From positions 785,420-849,419 of the forward strand of contig CAJINV010000021.1 in assembly GCA_905178155.1 (NCBI GenBank): DNA of 64,000 nucleotides, read 5' to 3'. Positions 11,720-22,701 of the stretch are shown here, one piece after another; within the stretch, counting starts at the first letter, position 1, and the number at the start of each line of letters is the position of its first letter. Both the position numbers and the translations under genes were made by a program. Source of the stretch: Amoebophrya sp. A120. Taxonomy: Eukaryota; Protista; Dinoflagellata. The notes beneath the pieces were generated by a model. The model did no database searches. It saw nothing but the letters and a program-made list of their open reading frames with translations, and had not been told where the DNA came from.

Positions 11720-12440
11720 TCAATTCGACCACCTATTTCCGAACTGCCAGATGACATTTCGCCTGTGAAAATCTCGTCTGCACTGTTCGTATCCGAACCG
11801 CAGATCGTGGCACTCCTGCGTTACCCAATCTAGGTCTCTGGAATGCGCGCACTCGTGCAGCTCCGCGCCGCTCTGGAAGCAGGGGGAGTTCAAAATGCAG
11901 TTCCCAAAGTCGTTCTTCATCTTCACACAGCTGTTGTAGACGCGCCGGTGAGGCTTGTTCACCGCAAACGCGAAGGGGGTCCACCACGCCAGCTTTGCGT
12001 CGTCGCCGGGAAGGATGAGAGGCTAGTAGCGGTGATGGATTTTTGCATGTTGTGCGCATGCAAGGCGAAGGCGACTGCTGAATAAGTCCACGCGAAGCGG
12101 AACAGGAACAAAGACAAATATGGAAAAGAGGGCCATATTAGGCATTGCTGTGATATGGATATCATAATACCTCTTCCGTGTCCGGCAGCATTCCCACGTA
12201 CTCCCGAACGAACCTAAACGCGTTTCCAAAATACGTCCCTGGCGTAGTATTTGACAGCTGCCTGCTCCAATCCTCGCCCTCGTCCGCATCGTCGTCGCCT
12301 ATTATGCCGTGCTTCCGCTTGGCCTCGCGGATCCGCCGGAGAATCCTCTCAGCTTCTTCCTCTTCCGTCTCCGGCTTGATCGCAGATTCGCCCTCCCCCA
12401 AGCGTGTGAGGCCAGCGGCGGCCCAGGTGAGGTACGGCAT
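11720..12440 (-). CDS. PET191: Cytochrome c oxidase assembly factor PET191/COA5-like, with N-terminal extension (2 exons)
   Basis: GT-AG intron 12023-12170. C-terminus SCVKMKNDFGNCILNSPC...C...ECHDLRFGYEQCRR...FGN matches the twin CX9C pattern of Pet191. Confidence 0.7.
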
Positions 12441-12950
12441 TTTATTGTTGCAGTCTTTATTGAAAATGTGAGAAAATTAGAAATACTAGAAGTCAAGGGC
12501 TCGTCATGTTGCGCTCAAGTCACTCAGTTTCTATTTTCTGAAGAAGGAGCACCTACACGCTAGACGAGGACGACAGGCAGACAACGCTCGTCACGACAAA
12601 CAAAAAAGTCAAACACCCGTGCGCTTAATATTTGCGTCTACTTATATGATTTTTGTTCCCACAATGCCGTAAGGGTGCGCTTCTTCAACCTTCTGGTGGA
12701 GTGATGTGAAGTCTTCGCTTTCATTCTACTTAAAAAATTTTCACTAGATGTCCTCCAGAGGTGCATCAACCAGAAACACGAACGAACATGATCAGGCTGC
12801 GGAAAATGAAAATCATAGAGAAGAACGAAGAAATATTTGGAAAATCTGGTTCGAAGGTCGTCTGCCTTGTTCCTCGTCTCGTGGTAGCATTAACCGCTGC
12901 CGGCAGTGCTACTTCTACTTCTATGTCTAGCTGCTAGCGCCACCTCCTTC

Positions 12951-14009
12951 TCACGACTTTTTCTTCTCGTCTTCCACCACCCCAGATGCAAAGGCCTCCG
13001 CCACGGTAACGAACTCAACTTTTTCCTCTGCCGCGTAGCCAAAACGGGCTTTGTACTGCTCAAAAATCCGCTCCAGCTCGGACAAATACTCGGCGTGTAC
13101 GCTGTCGATGTCTCGATTCTCCACTTCAATCGGCTTCCCGAACACCCACGCCATTTTCCGGTCCGTGAACGGCATCAAAGTGTTCCACCTGCCGAGCAGC
13201 AAAGTCGGCGTCAGTTGGTTCTTGAGGAGCCATTTTCGCAGCCAGGCTGGCCGAACCAAAACCCGGTGGTAGCACCACTTCTCGCCGAAACAAAAAACCG
13301 GCACGAGGCGGAGGTTCTTTTCGACCGCGAGCTTCACGAACCCTTTTCGGTCCTTGAGTGGGATTTTCGTCACAGTTGAATCCGGGTCCGTCAAAACCAT
13401 TTCGCGCACGCCGCCCGGAATCAAGTGGATCGACTCCTTCGCGACTTTGTTCAACGTCGGCCGGCCTGCGTCGACGCAGCCGCAAATCAGCGAAAATTCC
13501 CGCACGCCCGGAATGTAGAAGCCCTTGCCGAAAGCGCCCCAACGCGGGAACAGGTTCGGGAAAAGCGCCGGCCAGCCACTCCCGCCGGAGCCGCAACGAC
13601 ACAGACCCATAATGCCGTGGGGTTCCCAGGCGAAGAGGAAGGACTCGGAGGTGTTTCTTGTGCCGTCTTCTGAAGATTTAGATTTCGTCATCTTACTGTC
13701 ATCCATCTCCCGAATCAAAGTCCCGTCGAGGTGGTGCATGATGCCATTCAAAATCGGGTTGAACAGAAACCAGTGCCACAAAAAATCCGGCTCCAGCCCG
13801 CGCTTTAAATGCGGTCGGTAGATGAGAAGCTGCAGGAAATAAAGTAATCCCGCGTAGCCGCATATTCTCGCACCCAGGAAATAGAATGCCGCGGGTATCA
13901 CGCCGAACGCGAAAAAGAGACCCCAGACGAGGTAGTGCCAGATCACAAAGCAGACCAGCCCGTCGAGAAACCCGCGGATACCGCTGCGCTTCGGAAACCG
14001 GAGCTCCAT
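12951..14009 (-). CDS. DGAT2: Diacylglycerol/monoacylglycerol acyltransferase (DGAT2 family)
   Basis: N-terminal transmembrane segments. Motifs FAWEPHG, LIPGGVREM, RKGFVKLA, LVPVFCFGE, VFGKPI. Confidence 0.88.
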   Translation of the reverse strand: MELRFPKRSGIRGFLDGLVCFVIWHYLVWGLFFAFGVIPAAFYFLGARICGYAGLLYFLQLLIYRPHLKRGLEPDFLWHWFLFNPILNGIMHHLDGTLIREMDDSKMTKSKSSEDGTRNTSESFLFAWEPHGIMGLCRCGSGGSGWPALFPNLFPRWGAFGKGFYIPGVREFSLICGCVDAGRPTLNKVAKESIHLIPGGVREMVLTDPDSTVTKIPLKDRKGFVKLAVEKNLRLVPVFCFGEKWCYHRVLVRPAWLRKWLLKNQLTPTLLLGRWNTLMPFTDRKMAWVFGKPIEVENRDIDSVHAEYLSELERIFEQYKARFGYAAEEKVEFVTVAEAFASGVVEDEKKKS

Positions 14010-14510
14010 TTTGTTTTTGGTTTTGCTCTAGATTTTTCTTCAACTACGCTCGAGCTGGATTACATGCATGTCTATGGTATTATCATGTGACAACTCTGTC
14101 ACAGAGACAGAGTTGTGATGTGGTGGTCGCACTATACCATAGAGGATGACGATGGAGGCAGGTCTAGTGGTCTGCTTCTGGTGCAGCCGCATGTTACATA
14201 TGAAGCCAGCTGCTCTCACACAGAAATCTTTACAAGCGTAAGTAAATGCCGCGCACTTGCTCGTCTACCAAAGGTGATATTGCTCACTACACACAGAGAG
14301 CCAACACCGAGCCAGCAGGAGCTGAGCCAGATGACCTGTTGTTTGAGAAGCTGAACACATTGTACCTCGTAAAAGCCCAAATGCTGTATGTATGTTCAAG
14401 GGATGCTTATTTTTGATGATCGTTCGTCGCTTTTAGGGATAGTGTCATGCAAGTACACAAGTACAGAAAAATGTCGCTTTCTCATTCACTCTCGTCCCTC
14501 CAATACATCC

Positions 14511-17105
14511 TCATTCTGAATCGGAATCGAAAAGAATTTGCCTCGGGGGCGGTGCCCTTCTGCTCGCCAACAGCTCCCGAATCAACACCGTGGCGTACTG
14601 CCCCGGGCCCAGGATGAAGGACGTTTTCACCGTCGTCGCATCGATTTTTTTCCAAGACAGATCTCGAGGTCGCTCAAACACGGTGCGGTAGTCTCCGGGG
14701 ATGCGCCAGACCTGAGTACAGCTCAGATTCGGACACTTGGGATCCAGCCGCATTTCGACTCCAAAGCAGTTCTGGTCTACTTGATCAGCGTCTTCAGGGC
14801 CAGCAGATAGCGTCGACGTCGTCGTCGTCACATCACCCGTGCTAATATGACCCCGCTCGCCAGCAGTCGCATAAGCTTCTTCGTCAGAGCCTGCAGCGTC
14901 GAGATACGATTCTGGTGTTTGCGTTCTTGACGAAGTTTCTGGTGCTTCGAAAGCGCTGTGGTCGTTGGTGTCCTCACTTGGGCTTGGCGTGGAGACGGAA
15001 GCGCAGGCATCTATTTCGGGACCCTCTTCGTCTTCGCCACTGCAGTCCACGAAATAATCCGCGCCTTCGTCGTCCTCCTCATGATCCCCCTCTTCTCGCA
15101 ACAAACCGTCGTACGATACGTAGTCGCGCATGGTTCGTCCCACTGCGTTTCTGGGCATGGGATTATCTCCGAAAAAGTGCCCATGCCCCAGTCGCGGAAG
15201 TACCACGTCGAAGATGGAAGCTTTTTTCGCTTCGTCCTCGGTGCGAATCACACGTATCGAACGCTTGTTGGCAACGCTGGCCGGAAGGTTTATTGCAGCT
15301 TTCTCCTCTTGCTCTTCTGCGGCGTATGGTCCTCGCACCTCCTGCTCAGGCACAGCTGGTGCTTTCACACCATGATCCGCACTACTACCGCCCCTGACAG
15401 CTGTTGCCTCTCGATGATCCCAAACCAAATCTCCCACCACGACCTCCCGGCTGCCGTACAGCCGCACTCTCTCTCCCGCGGCGAGGTTCCAAATTCTGTC
15501 CAAATACGCGTGGGCGTACAAGACGCGAATGTTCCTCGGGAGGGAGAGGAAAGCATATCTACAGCATTCCGCGTACGTCCGCTGCTGCCGGTTCGGACAC
15601 TTCGCGAACGCGATGAGCAACCGCCGCTCCGCCCACAGCCGCTCTGGGAGGTGCTTCAACGCAGTCTCGGCGCAACCGGTGCGCGAGAAGACGCTCGCCC
15701 ACTTGGGCAGGTTGCTGCGCCGGCAGGTGTCGCGTGCAGCTCCTCGACTGGACGAGGAAGAATAAACTTCTACCGAGGGTCTACTTGCGGCCCTTCTGCA
15801 GTGGTCTCCCTCGTCCTCGTTAGAACAAGAACCTCTTGAAGTGCTTTTAGTACCTGACTGGCTCGCTTTACCACCGTTCTTCGTAACTAAACCAGCTGCC
15901 AGCGACCCCTCTGTCCGGACTTGTCCTCTTCCTTTCCCCGCGGCTCCAACGCTGTTCATCGTATTGCTATCTGCCCCATACAAAAGCTCCTCGACACAAC
16001 TCACGTAGTCTCGTCGAAAATAGTAATAGCCGATGCGGTCCGATCGTACCCCGTTCTTCCCGAACCGTTGCAAGCCGATGTAATTGACAAAGCCATGGTT
16101 TCTAAGCTGGGTGAAACACTCCTCTGCGATTTCTTCTGCTTTTGACTCCCGGATCACCAAGTTAAAGCGATTGCCGCCGAGATTTCCGGGGAACAGTGGC
16201 TTGTCCGCTTTCTTTATCCTTGAGACAGAGACTCCGTGCTCGCCGCAATAATGGATATATGGGTCGTCTTGATCCGAGTCGTGTAATAATTGTTCACAAC
16301 TTGTCGGACAACTTCCATTTGGTTTTGGTCGTGCCGCGGCGTCACAATGTTCTACTGGAATATCCAGGTTTCCAACTTTCGCAGGGTCGTAATCGTCGAA
16401 GTTTAATTTATTATCGGCTTCTTGAGAACTTGAACTTCTCTCCTCCAGCACCCCCGCTACCCGAAACGCCTTTTCTACCTCTTCCACACCCGGATACTCC
16501 TTCTCGCCCAACTGTACACTAAGTCGTTGCTGCGTGATCGCGAAGCTATCTTTGATCCCCGCCATACCGAACGCACGGACCGGAAAACCCGTCAACACGG
16601 CAAGTTTCGAGATCGCCTCCAGTGTGTCGACGCCGCGCTTGCGCAGCCAAAAGTGGTAGCAGAGCGTGGGAGGCTCGTCCGAGGTGGGAGAAGCTCCGTT
16701 GGTAGAGGTCTTTTTGTCGAGCTTCCTTCGCTTCTTCTTGTTACTGGCGGTACACGAATTTGTTCCGGCTTCGTCGTCTCCAGCACGTACGCGAATATTA
16801 CCAGCAGTACCTTCGTGAACAGATTCCCGCATCGTAAGCGAGAAATTATCCTGCTCCGCAACGACGCTTTCCCGATCTCCTTTCAACCGAAGATTCGGTC
16901 CCGCAACTTGTTCCTCGGTGTGTGCAATGTTGTCCGTCCTCTTTAATTTTTCTGGCAACACCTCCAGCACCTCGAAGTCTTCCATGAAGGTTTTGATTTC
17001 GCCCTGCAACCCCTGCGGTCGGTCGTCCACGACAAAAGCGGATATTCCCACTTCCGTCTCATCTAGGTCGCCGGCGGCCCAACGGCAACTTGCATCGTGT
17101 GCCAT
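14511..17105 (-). CDS. PUS7: TruD/PUS7-family pseudouridine synthase with long low-complexity insertions
   Basis: Motifs EDFEVLE, AGIKDSFAITQQ (catalytic D), GNRFNLVIR, GFVNYIGLQRFG, PGDYR, GQYATVLIREL. Confidence 0.9.
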   Translation of the reverse strand: MAHDASCRWAAGDLDETEVGISAFVVDDRPQGLQGEIKTFMEDFEVLEVLPEKLKRTDNIAHTEEQVAGPNLRLKGDRESVVAEQDNFSLTMRESVHEGTAGNIRVRAGDDEAGTNSCTASNKKKRRKLDKKTSTNGASPTSDEPPTLCYHFWLRKRGVDTLEAISKLAVLTGFPVRAFGMAGIKDSFAITQQRLSVQLGEKEYPGVEEVEKAFRVAGVLEERSSSSQEADNKLNFDDYDPAKVGNLDIPVEHCDAAARPKPNGSCPTSCEQLLHDSDQDDPYIHYCGEHGVSVSRIKKADKPLFPGNLGGNRFNLVIRESKAEEIAEECFTQLRNHGFVNYIGLQRFGKNGVRSDRIGYYYFRRDYVSCVEELLYGADSNTMNSVGAAGKGRGQVRTEGSLAAGLVTKNGGKASQSGTKSTSRGSCSNEDEGDHCRRAASRPSVEVYSSSSSRGAARDTCRRSNLPKWASVFSRTGCAETALKHLPERLWAERRLLIAFAKCPNRQQRTYAECCRYAFLSLPRNIRVLYAHAYLDRIWNLAAGERVRLYGSREVVVGDLVWDHREATAVRGGSSADHGVKAPAVPEQEVRGPYAAEEQEEKAAINLPASVANKRSIRVIRTEDEAKKASIFDVVLPRLGHGHFFGDNPMPRNAVGRTMRDYVSYDGLLREEGDHEEDDEGADYFVDCSGEDEEGPEIDACASVSTPSPSEDTNDHSAFEAPETSSRTQTPESYLDAAGSDEEAYATAGERGHISTGDVTTTTSTLSAGPEDADQVDQNCFGVEMRLDPKCPNLSCTQVWRIPGDYRTVFERPRDLSWKKIDATTVKTSFILGPGQYATVLIRELLASRRAPPPRQILFDSDSE

Positions 17106-18096
17106 CGTGTTACGTCAATCACTGCCTAAATTATGGGCTACTGATGTTCTTGCGGCACACTCTAGCTGTGACGAGCAAAATACGCATCACCTTGGATTCA
17201 TTTCTGGGATGCAGCCTGGGCCTGGTCAAAGAATAATATATGCGAATAATGACAGACTACATACTTGTAGTTTTTATTGGATATATTTTCACGTCCAGAT
17301 CTGCTTGCTTGTAGGTCTCTCACCGGCGTCGGGGGACAGATCACTTTAAGATCACCATTTTTTTCGTTCCGGACGATCTTGCTCCTTGGACCACGATCGG
17401 CTCGGATTTTCTCAAGCACTTTCTTCGTTACTGATGTGCCGCCGGATCCGTATTTTCACTTTTGTTCCTAGTTGTAGAGAGACCTACTGCATCAACTTCA
17501 ATTCTGTTCGACCTTGATGAACAAGATCAATGGCCGCGCGAGGATCGAGATCCAGATCAGGAGAATTGGAAATCTGCGCTGAGCTTGAGCGACGTCGACA
17601 CGTGTGACGTCATAATTCGCTCGTCTCTCCTGGTGCCCCGATGTATCACAGACGAAAGAACAGTGTCGGTAATGATCATCATCTGTGGCGTCGGGTCCGA
17701 CAGAACAACGTCGTGTTGGTCCTCCGTTCTCGCCAAAACGTGGAGCGAGTCAGGTGCAAATTGAATAAATCGCTTGCGTTGGCAACGCGGCGGAACAATG
17801 GAAAACTCAGGTTATGCAGCATCTGTTGTTGTTTTGGGAATCATGGTCATACGGGGGTGGATGCCAAAATCAAGCGGGACAAGATATTAAAACCACTTTT
17901 GTGGGAAATTCAAGTAACAACTCCACTAGCCCGACTAGGAGGACGAACTTCGATTTAGCAAGGATTTCAGAGCGAGTTTGTTGTTGGTCGTGCTAGTGGA
18001 GCTAGTGGCGTTCTAACTTCTAACTTTTCAGGAAAATCGATGGGCATACACGTAAGAGCTAGCTGCATAGGAAAATGTTTATTGTGCGACCGGGGA

Positions 18097-21000
18097 TCAA
18101 CTTTCCTCTTCGGCTTCCCCGTCCAGCACAGCAGCGGCTAGTCTTTCTAGAAGGGCGTTCATTTTATCCATGCGCGCGTTCAGTGCATGTATTTCTGCTC
18201 GGAGTGCAGCGTCGTTGCGTCCGGTGGACGGTGATGTTGCTGCTGTAGTTATTTCCTCGGCCGCTGCGGGTGCCTTACCGCTGGAGGGCGCAGCCTCTTC
18301 ATCTGCGCCGTCACCTGCAAGTTTTGGGTTGATTTTGAATGAAACACGCCAAGAACGGTGATTATTTTGAGACGCGTACAACCACGCTGGTCAGATTCAG
18401 CTTTATGCAGTAGACGCATTCGCATTTAGAAGGAAAACAGAAAGAAAGACCTACCCATTGCTTTTCAAGTCTACTCGCAAAGGAATTTAGTACCTAGATC
18501 TTCCAGTTCCAGCGTTGCTTTCCTTTTTATTGCGTGCATGAACGGTGTCATGGGTCCCCGTGCCTTGTATTCGTCTTTACTGTCCTTCGACGGAGACCTT
18601 TCTGCCACCACTTTGCTCGGCTGCCCCGCACTGGTGGCGAGCCCGCTAAGCGATCCCCCGCTACCACTTGGCTTCAATCCGACCGTCAACGCCATACCCG
18701 TTCGCTGCGAGCTCAATAAGTTGTTGACGGAGTTTTTGAGCTGTTGCACGATCTTCAGCACCCGGGTCAGCTCCATTGGCGCGTCCGAAGTAACCCGGTC
18801 GACCAAGTGGTCGCAAAATTCACTCACGGAAATCTGCCCGTTGCCGTTGATGTCCAACGTGTCAAAGAGCTGCAGTGGGTCCAACGTTCCCAAATGGTGT
18901 TCGAGCTCTAGCCTTATCGCGGGGTTTTCGTCCAGCCCCTGGGTTAATTCTTCTTTGGAAATATCACCACTCCCATCCGCGTCCAGGGTCAAAAACATTC
19001 GCTTGATCTCCGGCATCATCTTTTCCAACTTTTTCTTCGCGAAGACGCTGTTCATCACCTTGTCGTTCTTCGAGGATTCGAGAGCGTTTTCCACCAACAC
19101 CGCGGTTACGAGATTCATCATCGCGATGGCCACGACCAATATAAACGGGACGAAGTAGAAAAACAACATCGGCTCGGTCTTTATCATCGGCGCGTAGATC
19201 CTGTTCACCGAATCCAGAGTTGCGAACCCGAGTAACGAGAGCATGATCCCCGGTAAGTCTCGAAAATCGTCTTCCATCAACTGTGTCAAATACCCTCGCG
19301 GGGCGAAAGTGCCGTCATCTCTGTGGATAAAGCTCCCCTTGTTTTTGCTGATCAGCTCGACTCCGACGACCCCAAAAACGTAGATCGTCATCGCTATTAA
19401 CACGAAAGTAAACGTGATAGTATCCGCAGAGGACAATAACCCTCGGACTAACAGCCAAAGCGTTTTGAAAGTGACGATCAGCCTCACCGCGCGCGCTAAG
19501 CGGAGCAATCTCAACACGCGGAAGACAAACAGCGGCTCCAGCGCTCCCGGTGTGTCGCCGGCGAAGATGATGGGGATGATCCACTGGGAAATCACGCCTA
19601 GGGTGACTAAAATGAAGTCGAACACCACCCAAGAAGACCCAAGTAGCGACCTTTTGACCCCGAACGCGAAGAACCGCGCGGAGAGTTCGAGTGAGTAGAT
19701 CACTAAAAATAAGTGCTCGATCGCCTCGAACGTGCTGGTATCCTCGCCCTTTATGTACATCTGGCTCTCCAGTCCGATCGTCATCGAGTTTATGAGAATC
19801 ACCGCGTTGATGCAGAGGTCGAACCTTTGTGTGTTCAGGATTTGCGCCAGCTTTTTCCGGTACATCTCTTTTTTCTTCTCCCAGTCGTCCATTTTCTCCA
19901 GCTGCTCCCGCGTGAACTGACTTTCATATTCCAATTTCCCCCGCAAGGTTTCCCCATTTTTCCCCGGCTTGGCCTCGTCGCGCTTCAACTCTTCCACCAT
20001 CTGCGTCAACGTCTGGTGCGCCGGGATACCGAGGTTATCTTGTTCTTCCGCGAAAAACGCCTCCTCGTCCTCCTTCGACGGAAGTTCCCCGGTGCGTGCG
20101 AGCATATGGAAGCGTCAGGATCGAAATCCTCAAAGGTGAAATAGTTTGTCATGCATAAAATGCAACCCACAGAATGCCTGTCTTGCAGAGTAGGCAAGGG
20201 AGGCAGGTTGTGAGCCTGTTTCGGGTTTGGGATAGAGCTGCTAAAGTAGCATGACAAGGCATGATGCCTTCTTTCGCTAAACAGCATGAGAGAGAGAGAG
20301 AGAGATAACCTATTTTCGATCAGATCAGATCAGAGTGGCGACGCGCACGCTACCACCGGCGGCAGGGACGACCATAAGGGTCAGGAGACTCCCCTTTTTC
20401 CGAGGGGGTAAGAAAGCTAAATCCGCTCGCAAAATTTCGGCGGGCTTCGAACTACACAAAGATCCTGGTCGTGCGTGAGGGATGCAAAAGGATCGAAACG
20501 TAGTAAGAAGTCGAATACTAGATAGCTCTCTTTCGATGAAACTAGGACTAGTAAACAACGCACACCACACAGTTGAGCGAAGGCCTTGTATCCGCTCTCC
20601 CGCTTCAGTGATGTCGTTGCCACCTCGCAACGCCCTTCTGTGGTCCGTCTGATCTACCCTCGGAAGGCGCGGTGGCGTGGCCCTAGGTGTCGGCAATGCT
20701 GTTGCTGATAGAAATCCCCAGAGTGTTTGGTAGTCAGTTTCGTCAAGGTCAAACCGGAGGGCGTAGGGATGGTTTACCTGTCGCCTTGTAGCCCGAGGCT
20801 GGTTCGAACCGTTCTACGCGCTGATGTCATCCACGAGATGTCCTTGAAGAGTAAGGCGGCAAGTTAAGGGGGAATTGAGATGACGGGGAACATAAAAAAT
20901 AAAAGGCAGTCGAAAGCAAACTAGTTCCCCGGCTCGACTTGCGGCGACGCTGCCCTTCCACGCAGCGCCCCGGCGAGCAGTTGGCGGCGTACTCACTCAC

Positions 21001-21823
21001 CGGACAGGCCGTCTCCCGTTGTTCAGCGGCGCGGCTATTCTAGCACAAAAACATTAGTAGTAGTTTTTGCGACTTCTATCTTTTTCTTTCTTACTAAGCT
21101 ACTACTAGTCTTATTCTTTTTCTCAATAAGGTATCTGCGGACCTCGGCGGCGCATCCACCCGGTGAGTGAGTGAGGGCAGTTTGTGCAGGACGCATTTTA
21201 TTTTTGTTTTTGGCCGACGTGTTTTTGCGTGTGTGTGTGTGTTTCTTCGTCAGCGTCCTTATGTGTGCACCCATGTGAGACTAGCGCTACCGGGGGGCTC
21301 TTCCTGTCCCCCCGGGTCCTAATGTGTTTTGATTTGGAAAGGGGTAGTATCCGTTCTCAAACAAACCGGAGGGTCTACGTTTCTTCAATACGAATACCCT
21401 TCAAAAGTACCCGCGATTTTTTTTTGTACACTCTACTTCTTGAAACAGTTGGCAATATAATAATCGTAGTAATATTTGAAGCTGGAGATGCATTTGGATC
21501 GGGATCGGGAATGAAATTGAAAAGAAAAAGCGGATCGTAGAAAAAATAAAATAACTACTTCGCTAAACAGCATGACAAACTGGGTTTATACGGTGCCGAA
21601 ATTTGTCACGCACCGCGTAGAAATTGGGTTTCCAACTGGTATCGATTTTATGCATCACAAATTTTTCAACTTTGTCAATTTCAATCCTGACAGTTCCATA
21701 GAGCATCATTGCGGAATAGTCCTCCCAGGCCTTGCGGGAGTGGGCGGATTTCGACAACACCGCGGCCTTCGCGCTGGCGGTGGCCGTGGGGTACGGCACC
21801 ACCGCGCTCGGGTTGTGGGACAT
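18097..21823 (-). CDS. Single-domain voltage-gated cation channel with C-terminal EF-hands (~648 aa, 3 exons)
   Basis: Exons 21823-21701, 20099-18494 and 18314-18097 total 1947 nt in frame. S4 FRVLRLLRLARAVR; pore ATLDSV; S6 AMMNLVTAVLVE; EF-hands DADGSGDISKEE and DINGNGQISVSE. Intron 1 is a TIR element; intron 2 is GT-AG (18315-18493). Confidence 0.85.
20105..21700. mobile_element. Introner/MITE-like element, family E (~310-bp core plus nested insertion), exonic
   Basis: TIR TATGGAA..GTCAGGATYGAAAT. DR GAGCA at 20100-20104 and 21701-21705. Both halves are colinear inverted homologs of 48140-48452. Removal gives ...EDYSAMMLARTGELP... Confidence 0.9.
20290..21558. mobile_element. 1269-bp insertion with 17-bp TSD, probably a non-LTR retroposon (SINE or truncated LINE-like)
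   Basis: TTCGCTAAACAGCATGA duplicated at 20273-20289 and 21559-21575. (GA)n run at the left end and A-rich AAAAAATAAAATAA near the right end. No TIR and no recognisable protein. Confidence 0.75.
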
Positions 21824-22701
21824 GTTGTTCTTTCCACCTGACGCTAGCTAATTTTCAAGAACGAGGGGCAGGGGCTCCGGCTCCGCGTCAAAATATGAAT
21901 AAGCCTGCTCGACGTTTCATCACATTCACTTTCACATCACATCGACGACACAATAAACTACGAGTGGAACTACAACTAGTAGAGGTGGGCTTTCGATACT
22001 AATGTCAATTTGTCGCATTAATATCTTATCTGTCTGAAATGGGTACAAAAAATGATTGATTTAAAAAGCGGGTACGCGGCTATACTTTGTTCGGGTAGTG
22101 GCTGTCGGTAAGGCAGTAGAAATTGAAATTCATAGACATGGAGATTCATTGCTTTCAAAAGAACTGCAATAGGAGAAGCACAACGGTCAGTACTGTCTTG
22201 GACGAGGACCGAAAGCACTTTCTTTCTGTGCTTCGCACGAAAGGAAAGTAGACGATTGAAACTGGAAACGCACGAGTTCTTTTGTACGACAGTTGTTCCG
22301 ATGGTCACGACCGAAACGCATGTCTTTTTTTTTCTGGACGATTTCATATTTGTCGTACCGAAGTTCATACAGAAACAAGCTACCGAGTTTTACTTTTCAC
22401 GGCTGCGAACCGAGGTTGTACGCGACCGATCATGGTTCGAAAGAAATGCGAACTATACCGATATGCCAAAGGAAACAAACATATCAGGAATACGTGAAAG
22501 TATCATGTTTGGTTCTCGTGCTCTTACAGAATTGTTTCTGCCGTGTGGCTTGTCTATCCTTGATAATTTTTCGTCGTCTGGTGATTCACCATGTTTGTAA
22601 ATAATGTCGCCTGTGATTCATTGATTACGATTAGGTCCTCGCTGCTGAGAAATAATAAGAAAGCCTCCTGAGAGAGGGGCGTGTCGCTCTCGCTTCCCCT
22701 T

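Noticed and set aside
20600-20760. Possible HDV-like ribozyme in the nested insertion
   Set aside because: Only a short hairpin and a GGCAATGC word; I could not build the nested double pseudoknot.
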